Translations under genes and position numbers: made by a program | Shown: in pieces, positions 15,738 through 25,777 of the stretch | How positions within the stretch are numbered: position 1 is the first letter of the stretch | Layout: the number at the start of each line of letters is the position of its first letter | DNA from: a virus | Lineage: Duplodnaviria > Caudoviricetes | Virus record (IMG/VR): IMGVR_UViG_3300006752_000188 | Span: 1 to 25,951 of that record | Reading direction: 5' to 3' (one strand) | Length of the DNA stretch: 25,951 bases | The notes under the pieces: generated by a model | What the model was told of the DNA's origin: nothing | What the model saw: the letters and a program-made list of their open reading frames with translations, nothing else | The model's database searches: none

Positions 15738-16071
15738 AGCAGCTAAGGCTAAGGGCAGAACTGGCCAACAAGAAATCAGGGACAAGCTCTTAGAAACATT
15801 TCCAGAGTTTGAACCTGATGACATCAAGTCTACAACTATGGGTGATACCGGAGAAGATATCCAGCTATCACCTGCAGCTAGGAAGAAGCTACCTATTACT
15901 GTAGAGGTAAAACGCAGGAAGTCTGGCATGAAGATGGCTTACGACTACATTGAGCAAGCTAGAAAACATGGTAAAGGTGAGCCAGTTGTATTCTTCAGGG
16001 CAGATAGAAAGGAGTGGATTACGATGGTAAGTCTGGATCATTACATGGAGTTGTTGAAAAAATGGAAGTAA
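15730..16071 (+). CDS. Putative Holliday junction resolvase / PD-(D/E)xK endonuclease
   Basis: AKAKGR..Q, GEDI, VEVK and EPVVFFR motifs. Confidence 0.7.
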   Translation: MTKAAKAKGRTGQQEIRDKLLETFPEFEPDDIKSTTMGDTGEDIQLSPAARKKLPITVEVKRRKSGMKMAYDYIEQARKHGKGEPVVFFRADRKEWITMVSLDHYMELLKKWK

Positions 16072-16313
16072 AGATATGGGGAGTTATGGAAGGTCCGATG
16101 TCTATCGAGGATGTAGAAGACCCTGATGATCTTGATTATGCTCCGGAAGGCTCTAAGTACTTTATGGTATGTAAAACAGAAATTGATGGTGAGATAGCTA
16201 ACGATAACTTCTGGTTTGATGACTTCGAATCTGCATACGAGTGGCAGAAACATTTTTCTGAAACTATCGACCCAATCGTCATTGACATGACAGGTAATAA
16301 TCAGTATAACTAG
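16062..16313 (+). CDS. Acidic hypothetical protein
   Basis: ATG 16062 overlapping the upstream gene end; GGAG upstream. Confidence 0.7.
   Translation: MEVKIWGVMEGPMSIEDVEDPDDLDYAPEGSKYFMVCKTEIDGEIANDNFWFDDFESAYEWQKHFSETIDPIVIDMTGNNQYN
16282..16310 (+). promoter_or_regulatory. Sigma70-type promoter for the MazG/RNR operon
   Basis: TTGACA (16282-16287), N17, TATAAC (16305-16310). Confidence 0.75.
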
Positions 16314-16324
16314 GAGTCTTTCCA

Positions 16325-16486
16325 ATGAGGTTTGAGCTAAACATAATAATAAAAGTAGACCCTAGTGCAAACTTCCTAGAGACATTTGGGAATAATGCTG
16401 AGGTAATCTCAGAACTCGTGCAGGGTAGCTTGTACGATATAGATGATATTGTTGTAGAGGAATGTGAGGTCAAGTATGATAAGTGA
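16325..16486 (+). CDS. Small acidic hypothetical protein (53 aa; not in ORF track)
   Basis: MRFELNIIIKVDPSANFLETFGNNAEVISELVQGSLYDIDDIVVEECEVKYDK; AGGAG upstream; fills the gap. Confidence 0.7.
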   Translation: MRFELNIIIKVDPSANFLETFGNNAEVISELVQGSLYDIDDIVVEECEVKYDK

Positions 16487-16832
16487 AGTTGATATAGAAG
16501 CTTGGGATTTTTATGGCTCAGGTCAGTTTAATGACTACCAAAATGCTGCGGTAGGGACTGCAATTTACAAATCCGAGCACTCAGTAATTTATCCTGCACT
16601 GGGATTAGCTGCTGAGGCAGGCGAGGTGGCGAACAAGGTTAAGAAAATTATCCGTGATGGTACATTTGATAGGGATGCAATTGCAGACGAGCTAGGCGAT
16701 TGTCTTTGGTACATAGCTGCACTATGCCGTGATCTCAATGTTGACCTGAGTGTAGTTGCAGATGCCAATTTAAAAAAGCTCCACGATAGACAACAACGTG
16801 GTAAGATAAAAGGATCAGGAGATAAGAGATGA
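16476..16832 (+). CDS. mazG: MazG-like nucleotide pyrophosphohydrolase
   Basis: GLAAEAGEVANKVKK...DELGDCLWY and N..KL.DR..RG.I.GSGD.R motifs. Confidence 0.88.
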   Translation: MISEVDIEAWDFYGSGQFNDYQNAAVGTAIYKSEHSVIYPALGLAAEAGEVANKVKKIIRDGTFDRDAIADELGDCLWYIAALCRDLNVDLSVVADANLKKLHDRQQRGKIKGSGDKR

Positions 16833-18724
16833 GTAACCAATTACCAACAGACTATCAGGCATTCATTCACAAGTCACGATATGCTAAGTACTACAAAGGT
16901 CTGGGCCGTGAATCTTGGAGTGATACTGTATCTCGTTTTATGTCTAACGTGGTCGGTGACCTGGTCGATCCTGCTACAAATAGCCAACTAGAACAGTCCA
17001 TACTAGGCTTGGAAGTAATGCCTTCTATGAGATCTCTTATGACAGCTGGGCCTGCTGCAGACCGTGACAATACCTGTATGTACAACTGCAGTTACTTAGC
17101 CGTAGATGACCTTAAGTCCTTCGATGAGGCTATGTTTATCCTCCTCTGTGGCACGGGAGTTGGCTTCAGTGTAGAGAGGCAGTCCATCAATAAGCTTCCA
17201 GATGTTCCTCAGCTCTTCATCAGTGAGACTAATATCGTCGTCAAGGACTCCAAGGAGGGGTGGGCTAAGGCTCTTCGTCAATTGATTGCACTCCTATACT
17301 CTGGTGAGATCCCAACTTGGGATGTGTCTAAGGTACGCCCGGCTGGAGCACCTCTTAAAACTTTTGGGGGTAGAGCTTCTGGCCCAGCGCCCTTGGTCGA
17401 TCTGTTTAATTTTACTATCAACACTTTCAAAAAAGCTTCGGGACGTAAACTAAGCTCTATCGAGTGTCACGATATTATGTGTAAGATCGGTGAGGTAGTT
17501 GTAGTAGGCGGTGTTCGTAGGTCAGCTATGATCTCTTTGTCTAACCTAAGTGATGACCGCATGCGTACAGCCAAGTCTGGTTCTTGGTGGGAGAATAATC
17601 CACAACGTGCCTTGGCTAACAACTCTGTCTCTTACACTGATAAGCCTGACAGTCTGTCCTTCATGCGTGAGTGGATGGCTTTGGTTGAGAGTGGATCAGG
17701 TGAGCGTGGTATCTTCAATCGTGAGGCCTCTAAGAAACAAGCAGCACTGAATGGACGCCGTGATGCTGATTACGAGTTTGGGACTAATCCGTGTTCGGAG
17801 ATAATTTTACGCCCGATGCAGTTCTGTAACCTAACAGAGTGTGTTGTACGAGCTACCGACACTTTAGAAACTCTATCTGATAAAGTAAGATTAGCTACTA
17901 TCTTAGGTACAATTCAATCTACTTACACTAAGTTTCCGTACTTGCGTAAGAAGTGGGCAGACAACACAGAAGAAGAACGTCTCTTAGGTGTGTCTCTCAC
18001 AGGCATTATGGATAACCCTTTAATGACAACTAAGAACAAAGGACTGGAGAAGACTCTTGTACATCTTAGATCTGTGGCTATTGCCACTAATACTGAGTGG
18101 TCTAAACGCCTTGGCATCCCTGCTGCTGCTGCTATCAGCTGCGTTAAACCTTCGGGAACAGTATCACAACTGGTTGACTCCGCTTCTGGTATTCATGCTC
18201 GTCACAGCCCCTATTATATTCGTACTGTTCGTGGTGACAACAAAGACCCTCTGACACAGTTTATGATTGACCAAGGCATTCCCAATGAGCCTGATGCATT
18301 TAAACCTGACCAGACTACAGTCTTTAGCTTTCCACAAAAAGCACCTTCAGGTGCCATATGTACGGCAGATATGTCTGCCATTGAACAGCTGGAGATGTGG
18401 TTAGCTTATCAGAGGTTTTGGTGTGAGCATAAGCCATCGGTTACCATTAATGTAAAATCAAGTGAGTGGTTAGAAGTTGGTGCCTTTGTGTATAAGCATT
18501 TTGATGAGATGTCTGGTGTATCGTTCCTGCCGTTTAATGAGCATACGTATCAGCAAGCACCTTATCAGGACTGTGGTAAGTCAGACTACGACACACTTAA
18601 GTCTATCATGCCTAAGCGTATTGACTGGTCTAAGCTCTCAGAGTATGAGAGTGAAGACAATACATCGGGTAGTCAAACACTAGCCTGTACCGGCGACTCA
18701 TGCGAAATCGTAGACCTAGTTTAG
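16829..18724 (+). CDS. nrdJ: Ribonucleotide reductase, probably class II (adenosylcobalamin-dependent)
   Basis: YNCS, GGVRRSA, TNPCSEI, FCNL, VKPSGT, CEHKPS and C-terminal ACTGDSC; no nrdB in the contiguous operon. Confidence 0.88.
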   Translation: MSNQLPTDYQAFIHKSRYAKYYKGLGRESWSDTVSRFMSNVVGDLVDPATNSQLEQSILGLEVMPSMRSLMTAGPAADRDNTCMYNCSYLAVDDLKSFDEAMFILLCGTGVGFSVERQSINKLPDVPQLFISETNIVVKDSKEGWAKALRQLIALLYSGEIPTWDVSKVRPAGAPLKTFGGRASGPAPLVDLFNFTINTFKKASGRKLSSIECHDIMCKIGEVVVVGGVRRSAMISLSNLSDDRMRTAKSGSWWENNPQRALANNSVSYTDKPDSLSFMREWMALVESGSGERGIFNREASKKQAALNGRRDADYEFGTNPCSEIILRPMQFCNLTECVVRATDTLETLSDKVRLATILGTIQSTYTKFPYLRKKWADNTEEERLLGVSLTGIMDNPLMTTKNKGLEKTLVHLRSVAIATNTEWSKRLGIPAAAAISCVKPSGTVSQLVDSASGIHARHSPYYIRTVRGDNKDPLTQFMIDQGIPNEPDAFKPDQTTVFSFPQKAPSGAICTADMSAIEQLEMWLAYQRFWCEHKPSVTINVKSSEWLEVGAFVYKHFDEMSGVSFLPFNEHTYQQAPYQDCGKSDYDTLKSIMPKRIDWSKLSEYESEDNTSGSQTLACTGDSCEIVDLV

Positions 18725-18882
18725 GCACTGTACCCTCACCCTGCGTAAAGATCTGTCGCATAAAAGACGATTACTGCGCAGGGTGTTTAAGAACCATAGA
18801 TGAAATACGAGACTGGATGGTGATGTCAAACTATGAACAAGAGGAATTATTGAAGAAACTAGAAGGGAGAAAAAGAACGTAA
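18700..18882 (+). CDS. DUF1289 family Cys-rich small protein
   Basis: SPCVKIC.....C.GC.RT.DEI..W signature. Confidence 0.8.
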   Translation: MRNRRPSLGTVPSPCVKICRIKDDYCAGCLRTIDEIRDWMVMSNYEQEELLKKLEGRKRT

Positions 18883-19121
18883 TGTATGTGGTGATAACTA
18901 GACAACAGTGTAACTTTTGTGATCTGGCTAAGGCATTGCTGAAGAATAAAGATCTTAGCTACGTAGAATATGACGTACACTCTACCAGCTCTAAGTGGGT
19001 TTTAACCTTGCTAAAGAAAACAAATCTTACTACAGTACCGCAAGTCTTCGATGGATCTGGTAAATTAATTGGCGGCTTTAATGAACTTAAGGAGCATATT
19101 AATAATGGGAAAACCAGTTAG
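18882..19121 (+). CDS. Glutaredoxin
   Basis: CNFC active site, TVPQVF cis-Pro motif, IGGF. Confidence 0.92.
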   Translation: MYVVITRQQCNFCDLAKALLKNKDLSYVEYDVHSTSSKWVLTLLKKTNLTTVPQVFDGSGKLIGGFNELKEHINNGKTS

Positions 19122-19554
19122 AAAAGCTTTCAACAGGGCGCTTTACGAGGCCTACGATTCACAAGCTAAGGATGCTCTAGGGCAATACCTTTCGGAGAAA
19201 GGACATGTGTTAGTTAACAAGGAAGAAAATTACCATGTAGATCTTGTATCTCAAAAGCATGGCTATACTTACTTTAATGAAGCTGAAGTTAAGGTGGCTT
19301 GGGATGGGGATTGGCCTGAACACTGGGCTGAGATACGTATTCCAGAACGTAAGCAACGTCTTCTTGACAAGTATCAGGGAGAAAATGGAGTGCTTAACTT
19401 TTACGTTTTCAGAAAAGATCTCAAACAAGCCTGGCGTATTAGAGATTTCTTATTGACTAAAGAAAGTCTTGGCGAAGCAAAGGGTAGGTACATTAGACCT
19501 GGAGAACTGTTCTTTCATATTCCCTATACAGAAGCAGAGTTAATCATCTTATGA
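19105..19554 (+). CDS. Hypothetical protein, possible PD-(D/E)xK fold
   Basis: VDL........EAEVK pattern; AAGGAG RBS before ATG 19105. Confidence 0.65.
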   Translation: MGKPVRKAFNRALYEAYDSQAKDALGQYLSEKGHVLVNKEENYHVDLVSQKHGYTYFNEAEVKVAWDGDWPEHWAEIRIPERKQRLLDKYQGENGVLNFYVFRKDLKQAWRIRDFLLTKESLGEAKGRYIRPGELFFHIPYTEAELIIL

Positions 19555-19583
19555 TGTATTAATAGAGAGCAAGGAGCTGACAG

Positions 19584-19790
19584 TTGAAAGAGAGTTTAGA
19601 AAAAGAAGCAAAAAAGTTTGCCAAACAAAAACGTAAGACTCTTGAAAACAAAGCTTTGACTTCCCGGATTTATTTGGCAGGTCAGGCTTTAACTGGCCTT
19701 CTAGCAGGGGCAAGATCAAGTAACAATATGCAAGAAATAAAACGGCAAGCATATGATTGGGCAGATTATATGTTAGATGATGACACATAA
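19584..19790 (+). CDS. Hypothetical protein (68 aa)
   Basis: AAGGAG before a TTG start; AGQALTGLLA...AY..AD.ML is a pattern seen in small phage proteins. Confidence 0.7.
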   Translation: MKESLEKEAKKFAKQKRKTLENKALTSRIYLAGQALTGLLAGARSSNNMQEIKRQAYDWADYMLDDDT

Positions 19791-19815
19791 AAAAGGGGGC
19801 GTAAAGCCCCCTTAA
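19789..19815. terminator. Intrinsic terminator between the convergent arms (strongest on - strand)
   Basis: AAGGGGGC-gtaaa-GCCCCCTT with an A6 run on the left, which reads as a U-tract on the minus strand. Confidence 0.85.
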
Positions 19816-19816
19816 C

Positions 19817-22800
19817 TTATTGAACTACTTTGTTCCAGTCGTCGTAGGTATCAACAAGATTTTTAATCTTTAATAGTTGTTGATAACCATCCTCCATTTC
19901 CAGTATCTGCTCCATCTTTTGATCATAGGTATCAGTACTTCCAAATTCAAATGGCAGGAGATCTAATACTTTTTCTACTACTTTTTTCTTACTGCTAAGT
20001 TTTCTTACAACATCCATTGTTTGAGGTACTTGGCCGCCATTTTCCATCTGATTGACTACCATAGCTTTGGCACCCTCTCTAACCTCATTTAATACAAGTT
20101 CTTTTTGATCTTGCCGCATCTTAAAGTAATCAGGGTACTTAGCCATAGCCATTTCAGACTGGATCTGTAGTGCAGGTGCTAGCATCCCATCCATATAATT
20201 CTTTACTTTCGCAGGGCCAGTCCAACGAACTTGAGTAAAGATATTAGCACCAGCTGAGTTAAACATAGCCTCAACTAAGTTAGGATTTTTAGAAGACCTG
20301 ACTAATAATTGTTTCCCAACATCTACATCCTTACCAGAAGCAAAGCCTCTTGTAGGTGTAGCTCTTCTCTCCATACCTTCTGCTTGTCCGGTAAGTTGAT
20401 TAAGATAACGGCCTGCGTCATTAAAAAATCTATTACCTTGACGAAGGTCAGGATTCATTTCCTTACCCTCAAGCAATCCATAAGCAGTGTTGACTGGATC
20501 AAGATGTCGAGTAAAACCAGAGGCTATCTTTGAACCCGATGCAGCAAGCATACTGTAGGCAAGAGGGCCATAGTCACCATCTTTAGCCATCTGCCAAGAC
20601 CTTCCCATGGAAGTTCCAAGATCGTCAAGATCTCTTAGTGCTTGACCTGGACCCACTTGAACTGTGAGGTCAACCCAAAGATCGTCAGGAATACCTGACA
20701 TAAATCTTTTACGGAACTCAGAGTCCGTCAACATACGTTGAGCTGCCTTAGACATATCCATCTCACCAGTCTCAATCATACCATGAGCAATGGCCTGACT
20801 ACTGGCCCTTATCAGAGACATGGGCCATTCAAACTCACGGTTTCTGACAGTACCATCATTCTGTCTATCCTGTTTCCAGCTCAGTCCACTCTCTATTCTT
20901 TCTATAGCACTGTCACCAGTTTCAGTTTCAAAACCTACTTGACCTCCAACACCGTAGCTAACTGCACCCCAACCCACGACCATTTTAGAAAACAGCTCTG
21001 CACCATCGTCAGTTACAGGGTCAATTTTTTTACCGATAGTTTTAGCTGTAACATATCTTAGGTAGTTTACTCCACTAAGATCTCCAGCAGTTGCTATAGT
21101 TGTGTTCAAGAAGCTACCAAACGGTACAACATAACCACCCATAGAACGATTGGTAACGGTTTCAATAAACCTTGCAGACTTTCTCATAAAGTTTGTAGCA
21201 GGTAAGGTAGACCAGTTTACAGAGGCAGTTTCTCGCATAGTACGGTAAGCAGCTTGTTCCATAATTTCACGGAACTCTGGTTTAGCCATAGTAAACTCTA
21301 CATCGGGGTTGGAAAAGAACTCCTCCGGAGTTACCCCATACTTCTTCATAATACCCTGGTTAAGGTTTGTACCGAAAGCAAAACGTTTAGTAAGATTATC
21401 TTGAAGTCTGGCTAGTGTTAGTGTCTGCACACCTTTTGTGTATGCATCAGCACCCTTCCAAAGAAATTCTGTAGTTTTTCCTGCAGCTGTTGCTACAGGC
21501 CCAGCATCCTTTAGTCGTTTTTTGTAAGAAGCTCCATCAAGATTAAACATTGCCATAGAGTCATTGACACCACCATCACCTGCAATATCCCTAAATAACT
21601 TTTCTGCAATCTTAGGGTTCATTGTAAGAACAGCATCAGCATATTCAATAGGAATATCTGGAGATAATGCATCAGCAACTCTGCGGAATGACCCACCCCA
21701 TGCTCCGTAGGCTCTATTGTAAAAATTTACTGCAGCCTCTTCATTGCCAAGACCCTTTGCAATAGCACCACGAGACAAGTCTATAGCACCAGTAACGAAG
21801 TCTGCTGCATTGTTTAGGTATACAAGTGTTTTAAAACCTTGAAGGTTAGCACCAGTAGTTGATAGGTGAGAGGTAATTAGCCGTTTGTATAAAGATAGTG
21901 CAGCTTGATTGTGTTGTGGACCTTCCGAAGGTTGAATCCTTTTATATAACTCAAGCATACCTTTGTTACTAACACCTGCCTTTTGCAATCTGGATAGCTC
22001 GGACGCAATCCACAAGTTTTCACCTGCCAAGCTGGTGCTGTTTTTCATTACAGCTTCCATCATAGCAGGAGAAACTTTACCCTTATCGGTACGTACACCA
22101 TCAAGTACGTAACCAGTTTCTTCTTCCCAAGCCCTAACCATTTTATCAAGTTTAGACGGATTAATAAAACGAATAGTCCTGGCAAATGCACCAGTTGTTT
22201 TATACTTCTTAATAATCTCTGGATGCATTACAAACCCAGCATCATTTAATGCTTCAAAGTAACCCTTAACTCCATTCTCTGGGTCACCAAACCAAAAGAA
22301 TTTAGAGAATGCATTAGTGACTGCAAGGTCTCTTCTCTTCTCGCCCCTAGAAGCAATTAACCTATCAGCTTCATCTTTAGCTTGTTCCCAAGGTAGGAAG
22401 TTAATCTTACCTCTGGCAGACAGTACACCAAATTGATCGTCAAGAGATTGAAACAAACCGTTTTTGTCCAGTGCCTGACCAAGCTTTTTCCAAGCTTCAT
22501 CTGGACCATATTTCTTAATCATCTTATCAATATTTTGATACGAAAGAATAGTGTTCTGTGCAAAGGGAGACTTTCTAGCTTCCTTAAACAGTGCAGACCC
22601 ACCTGCAACTACAGGAAAAAGCATAGATCCTGCAGCAGTAAGGGCACCTTCAGCTTTGCTGTACTCGTCTTGTGCACCTACTTCTATCAGCTGCATCTGT
22701 CTGCCAAAGTCTTGGCCAAGTGCAAATGCACCATCTACTGTAGCCATTGGCATGGCCTTTGCCATAGCATTGCTTATAGCAATAGTCGCAGCTTTCTTTG

Positions 22801-23701
22801 TAGCACCTTTTTCAATGGCATTTGTATAAGCCGCAGTTAGCATTTTTTGTAGTGCAGCACCTGTAGCCTTTGTACCCCCTGCAGTTAATACTTTACCTAT
22901 GCCAAACGATAAGATTGTTACAGGATCCCATACTGCAGCTGAGGTATAGTCTACAATACCATCAAACATCTCTCCCCAACTACCCTCACCAGTAAAGATA
23001 TTATCCATCTGATTGAAGAGTAGGTAGCCTCCCGCCAGCCGCCTCTTAGTTTCGTCGTCAGCCCCTAGGGTATAAGTAATCTCATTAGCAACAGTAACTG
23101 ACTGTGCAGCATCAAAAGTTCTTTGATAATTTTGATAGATCTCAAATGCTTTTTCTGGCTCCATAGCCCTGTAGTTACGGTTCATTAGAGCAGAACCGCC
23201 AGTAGCACCACCCATCAAACCTGCAGTACTTTTGGCAACCTTACCGAAGGTTGTTGACTCAGGAAATCTTGCCTCTAGAGATTGGTACACAACCTCCATA
23301 AGATCTGGGTCTCCAATTATGTCTTCTTTAGTCAGAGGTTTATTGTCGTACTTCTCAAAGATATCGTACACGTTTAAGAAACGATCTTCTGCCTCTAGGT
23401 TAAAACTAAAAGGAGTTTGAAGATCTTTTAATGTAAATGGGGAGCTTAAATCTTGTGCTTGCTGTACTGGTGTTTCAGACACATCTGTTTGAGGGTACAG
23501 GTCACCCAGAGTAAACCCGTTGTCCACAGGTTCCTCTACAGTTTGTTCTGAGATAGGTACGTCTTCTACAGGCACTTCTGGTGTAAGTTCAGGTACCTCT
23601 GATGTAGGCTCTACTGTTGGTTCCAGAGTAGTTATGGTAGGTTCTACATCAGGTACGACAACATCTTTCTCTAGATCAGCTAGAGTGAATCCATCTGCCA
23701 T
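19817..23701 (-). CDS. Large protein, probable internal virion/ejection protein (1294 aa)
   Basis: Size, helical Ala/Gly-rich composition and position at the end of the late arm; no catalytic motif recognised. Confidence 0.65.
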   Translation of the reverse strand: MADGFTLADLEKDVVVPDVEPTITTLEPTVEPTSEVPELTPEVPVEDVPISEQTVEEPVDNGFTLGDLYPQTDVSETPVQQAQDLSSPFTLKDLQTPFSFNLEAEDRFLNVYDIFEKYDNKPLTKEDIIGDPDLMEVVYQSLEARFPESTTFGKVAKSTAGLMGGATGGSALMNRNYRAMEPEKAFEIYQNYQRTFDAAQSVTVANEITYTLGADDETKRRLAGGYLLFNQMDNIFTGEGSWGEMFDGIVDYTSAAVWDPVTILSFGIGKVLTAGGTKATGAALQKMLTAAYTNAIEKGATKKAATIAISNAMAKAMPMATVDGAFALGQDFGRQMQLIEVGAQDEYSKAEGALTAAGSMLFPVVAGGSALFKEARKSPFAQNTILSYQNIDKMIKKYGPDEAWKKLGQALDKNGLFQSLDDQFGVLSARGKINFLPWEQAKDEADRLIASRGEKRRDLAVTNAFSKFFWFGDPENGVKGYFEALNDAGFVMHPEIIKKYKTTGAFARTIRFINPSKLDKMVRAWEEETGYVLDGVRTDKGKVSPAMMEAVMKNSTSLAGENLWIASELSRLQKAGVSNKGMLELYKRIQPSEGPQHNQAALSLYKRLITSHLSTTGANLQGFKTLVYLNNAADFVTGAIDLSRGAIAKGLGNEEAAVNFYNRAYGAWGGSFRRVADALSPDIPIEYADAVLTMNPKIAEKLFRDIAGDGGVNDSMAMFNLDGASYKKRLKDAGPVATAAGKTTEFLWKGADAYTKGVQTLTLARLQDNLTKRFAFGTNLNQGIMKKYGVTPEEFFSNPDVEFTMAKPEFREIMEQAAYRTMRETASVNWSTLPATNFMRKSARFIETVTNRSMGGYVVPFGSFLNTTIATAGDLSGVNYLRYVTAKTIGKKIDPVTDDGAELFSKMVVGWGAVSYGVGGQVGFETETGDSAIERIESGLSWKQDRQNDGTVRNREFEWPMSLIRASSQAIAHGMIETGEMDMSKAAQRMLTDSEFRKRFMSGIPDDLWVDLTVQVGPGQALRDLDDLGTSMGRSWQMAKDGDYGPLAYSMLAASGSKIASGFTRHLDPVNTAYGLLEGKEMNPDLRQGNRFFNDAGRYLNQLTGQAEGMERRATPTRGFASGKDVDVGKQLLVRSSKNPNLVEAMFNSAGANIFTQVRWTGPAKVKNYMDGMLAPALQIQSEMAMAKYPDYFKMRQDQKELVLNEVREGAKAMVVNQMENGGQVPQTMDVVRKLSSKKKVVEKVLDLLPFEFGSTDTYDQKMEQILEMEDGYQQLLKIKNLVDTYDDWNKVVQ

Positions 23702-23702
23702 A

Positions 23703-25193
23703 TTATTTTCCTTTGTATGGACCTGTCACAGTTTTTCCATCAGCTTTAGTATAAGTTACAACATCACCTACTTTTATAATTCCGTATTCAATAAGAGATC
23801 TAAGCACAGAAACATTAGGGACTACGATAGGTTCCGCATCCTTAGCTTCTTTAAGGTAGTCGGGCAGAACTGCAGTTTTCAACTTAGGCTCTGCCTCCAT
23901 TGCCTCTCCAATAACATTGTTTCCATACAAAGAAGTTACACCGTAGTAATCTGGGTTATCACCTCTAGCACTATCTAGAGCCTCTTTAACTGCAAGACTC
24001 CTGGCTCCTAGCCAGTCCATCAGTTCTTTTGCCACTGCCTGTTGTTCAGGAGTACCTGTCTTAGACATTTCATTCACTGATGTCAAAGCTTTAGAGATGC
24101 TATTCTGTTCACTCCTACCTCTAGCAACTGCATTCTGAGTTATAATTTTTGTCCAATCACCAAGTTTAGATGTATCCAAAGGTTCAATAACTACAGGCTC
24201 AGTTACTGCTAAGGCAGATCCTGTCGTACCAACACTACTTCTGATAATGGACTTGGTAAGATCGTCTAAAGATTTACCAAGGGCAGTCTCCATGTTTGCT
24301 ATTACTTTATCAGCCTGAGCTGGATCAGGACTTGTAATCTCAATAGCACTTAAAAAGTCATTAGCCCCACTTCTAAACATGTCTAGGGCATTAGCATCTG
24401 TACGACCAGATTCTACAATCTTTGTATGATACTTTTGAAGTGTTTCGAACGTAGACTTCATCACTGCTGGATTGTTTAAACCTGCAAGTTTAGCAAGAAC
24501 AGGGTTATCTTTTTCTACACCTAATGCAGTAATAGCCGCAGAGTATTGTGCAATTTGAGCCATAGGATCACCACTGCCACCGACAGCAGCAGTAAAGTCT
24601 GCACCGATAGACTTACCGTCCATAACTCTTTCAAAAAGAAGTTGCTGCATATCATTTGCATGAGCAGCAATAGCAGCAGCTTTAGATGCTTCTGTTTTAA
24701 TACTGAACTGGTAATCAAATTGACTATTTGCAGCAGAAGTTCTTAAACCAATCTCTGATCGAAGATCTTCTTGTCTTGCTGCTCTATCCCGTTCAAATTT
24801 TTTCTGGTCCCAAGCCTGCAATCTACCTTCTGCATTAACTGCTTTTTGCTCGGCTTGTTTATTAAGAATAACTTGTTGGTCTTTCCACCACTGTTGAGCT
24901 GCATCCCTATCGTCTAGCTCGTAAGCCCTCTTCAGTGCTAACACATCAAGTTCAAATGCACGGCTCTCTTCTCTAACAGCAGCAGCACCTGCAGCAGCTT
25001 TTTCAGCAGCAGCTATAGCCTGTTGGTTAGTAATTTTATTACGTTCTAACCAAGTAGCATTAGCCTCTTCATTCTGAAGTTTAAAACGTGCATTCCATTG
25101 CTCATTAGCAGCATCTCTATCTGCTAAAAGCTCTTTCCTTTGCCTAATTCTTGTTTCACGGTTTCTTTGACCTGAGTAAAATCCTAATGCCAT
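23703..25193 (-). CDS. Probable internal virion protein with coiled-coil N-terminal half (496 aa)
   Basis: A/Q/E/R-rich helical N-terminus; packed in the late operon. Confidence 0.6.
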   Translation of the reverse strand: MALGFYSGQRNRETRIRQRKELLADRDAANEQWNARFKLQNEEANATWLERNKITNQQAIAAAEKAAAGAAAVREESRAFELDVLALKRAYELDDRDAAQQWWKDQQVILNKQAEQKAVNAEGRLQAWDQKKFERDRAARQEDLRSEIGLRTSAANSQFDYQFSIKTEASKAAAIAAHANDMQQLLFERVMDGKSIGADFTAAVGGSGDPMAQIAQYSAAITALGVEKDNPVLAKLAGLNNPAVMKSTFETLQKYHTKIVESGRTDANALDMFRSGANDFLSAIEITSPDPAQADKVIANMETALGKSLDDLTKSIIRSSVGTTGSALAVTEPVVIEPLDTSKLGDWTKIITQNAVARGRSEQNSISKALTSVNEMSKTGTPEQQAVAKELMDWLGARSLAVKEALDSARGDNPDYYGVTSLYGNNVIGEAMEAEPKLKTAVLPDYLKEAKDAEPIVVPNVSVLRSLIEYGIIKVGDVVTYTKADGKTVTGPYKGK

Positions 25194-25777
25194 TATCCTG
25201 CACTCCTAGCCATTAAACCTTTTAGCTCTTCCATAGGCGACTCTGTAGTCTCTTCTGGAGCAACCTCTTCCATAGGTTTCTCCTCTGCGTCAGCTACTAT
25301 CATAGCTTCCATCTGACCCTTCATGCCATCGTCTTCTTCTGTCTCTTCACCAGACATGGTATTCTCAGCACTTACACCGAGTTTCTCAAGCATTTTTTCT
25401 GCACGGGCTACGTTACGTTGGTAACGAATGACAGCTCTGTCTTTGTCATTACTAATACCCTCATCGTAGTCTACACCAGTTAGATCCCCAATATCTTTAA
25501 TAAACTCATGCAGAGTTGGGGCAACAATAAGACTCACATCAATACTGTGTACACCTTGAAACACAGCATTGCGAAGTATACCCTGGACCAAAGTGGGGAT
25601 ATCAATACCTTTTTCTAGAAAATAGCTAATATCCTCGAAAGCATCTGCATTGTTCATCTTATCCAGATGATACATTGCTGCTTCTTCGGGGTCTGTAATG
25701 TCTGGGGGATTCTCAAAAGGAGCACCTTTTGGTTCTTGAGTTAGTGAAAACCCTGGTTGTACTCTGTCAAAAATCAT
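25193..25777 (-). CDS. Hypothetical late protein with acidic tail (194 aa)
   Basis: PG.SLT..P...P.E.PP N-terminus and GLM.R C-terminus; overlapping start/stop codons at both ends. Confidence 0.7.
   Translation of the reverse strand: MIFDRVQPGFSLTQEPKGAPFENPPDITDPEEAAMYHLDKMNNADAFEDISYFLEKGIDIPTLVQGILRNAVFQGVHSIDVSLIVAPTLHEFIKDIGDLTGVDYDEGISNDKDRAVIRYQRNVARAEKMLEKLGVSAENTMSGEETEEDDGMKGQMEAMIVADAEEKPMEEVAPEETTESPMEELKGLMARSAG

Noticed and set aside
12455-18724. Inteins or introns in the polymerase or RNR
   Set aside because: Both ORFs are continuous and of compact length, with no splice-junction or homing endonuclease motifs.
46-24746. Many antisense or out-of-frame ORFs in the track (e.g. 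46..432, 1908..2099, 5049..5444, 6989..7351, 15371..15730, 22433..22840, 23520..23978)
   Set aside because: They are shadows of well-supported genes or lie in low-complexity non-coding DNA, with no motifs or RBS.
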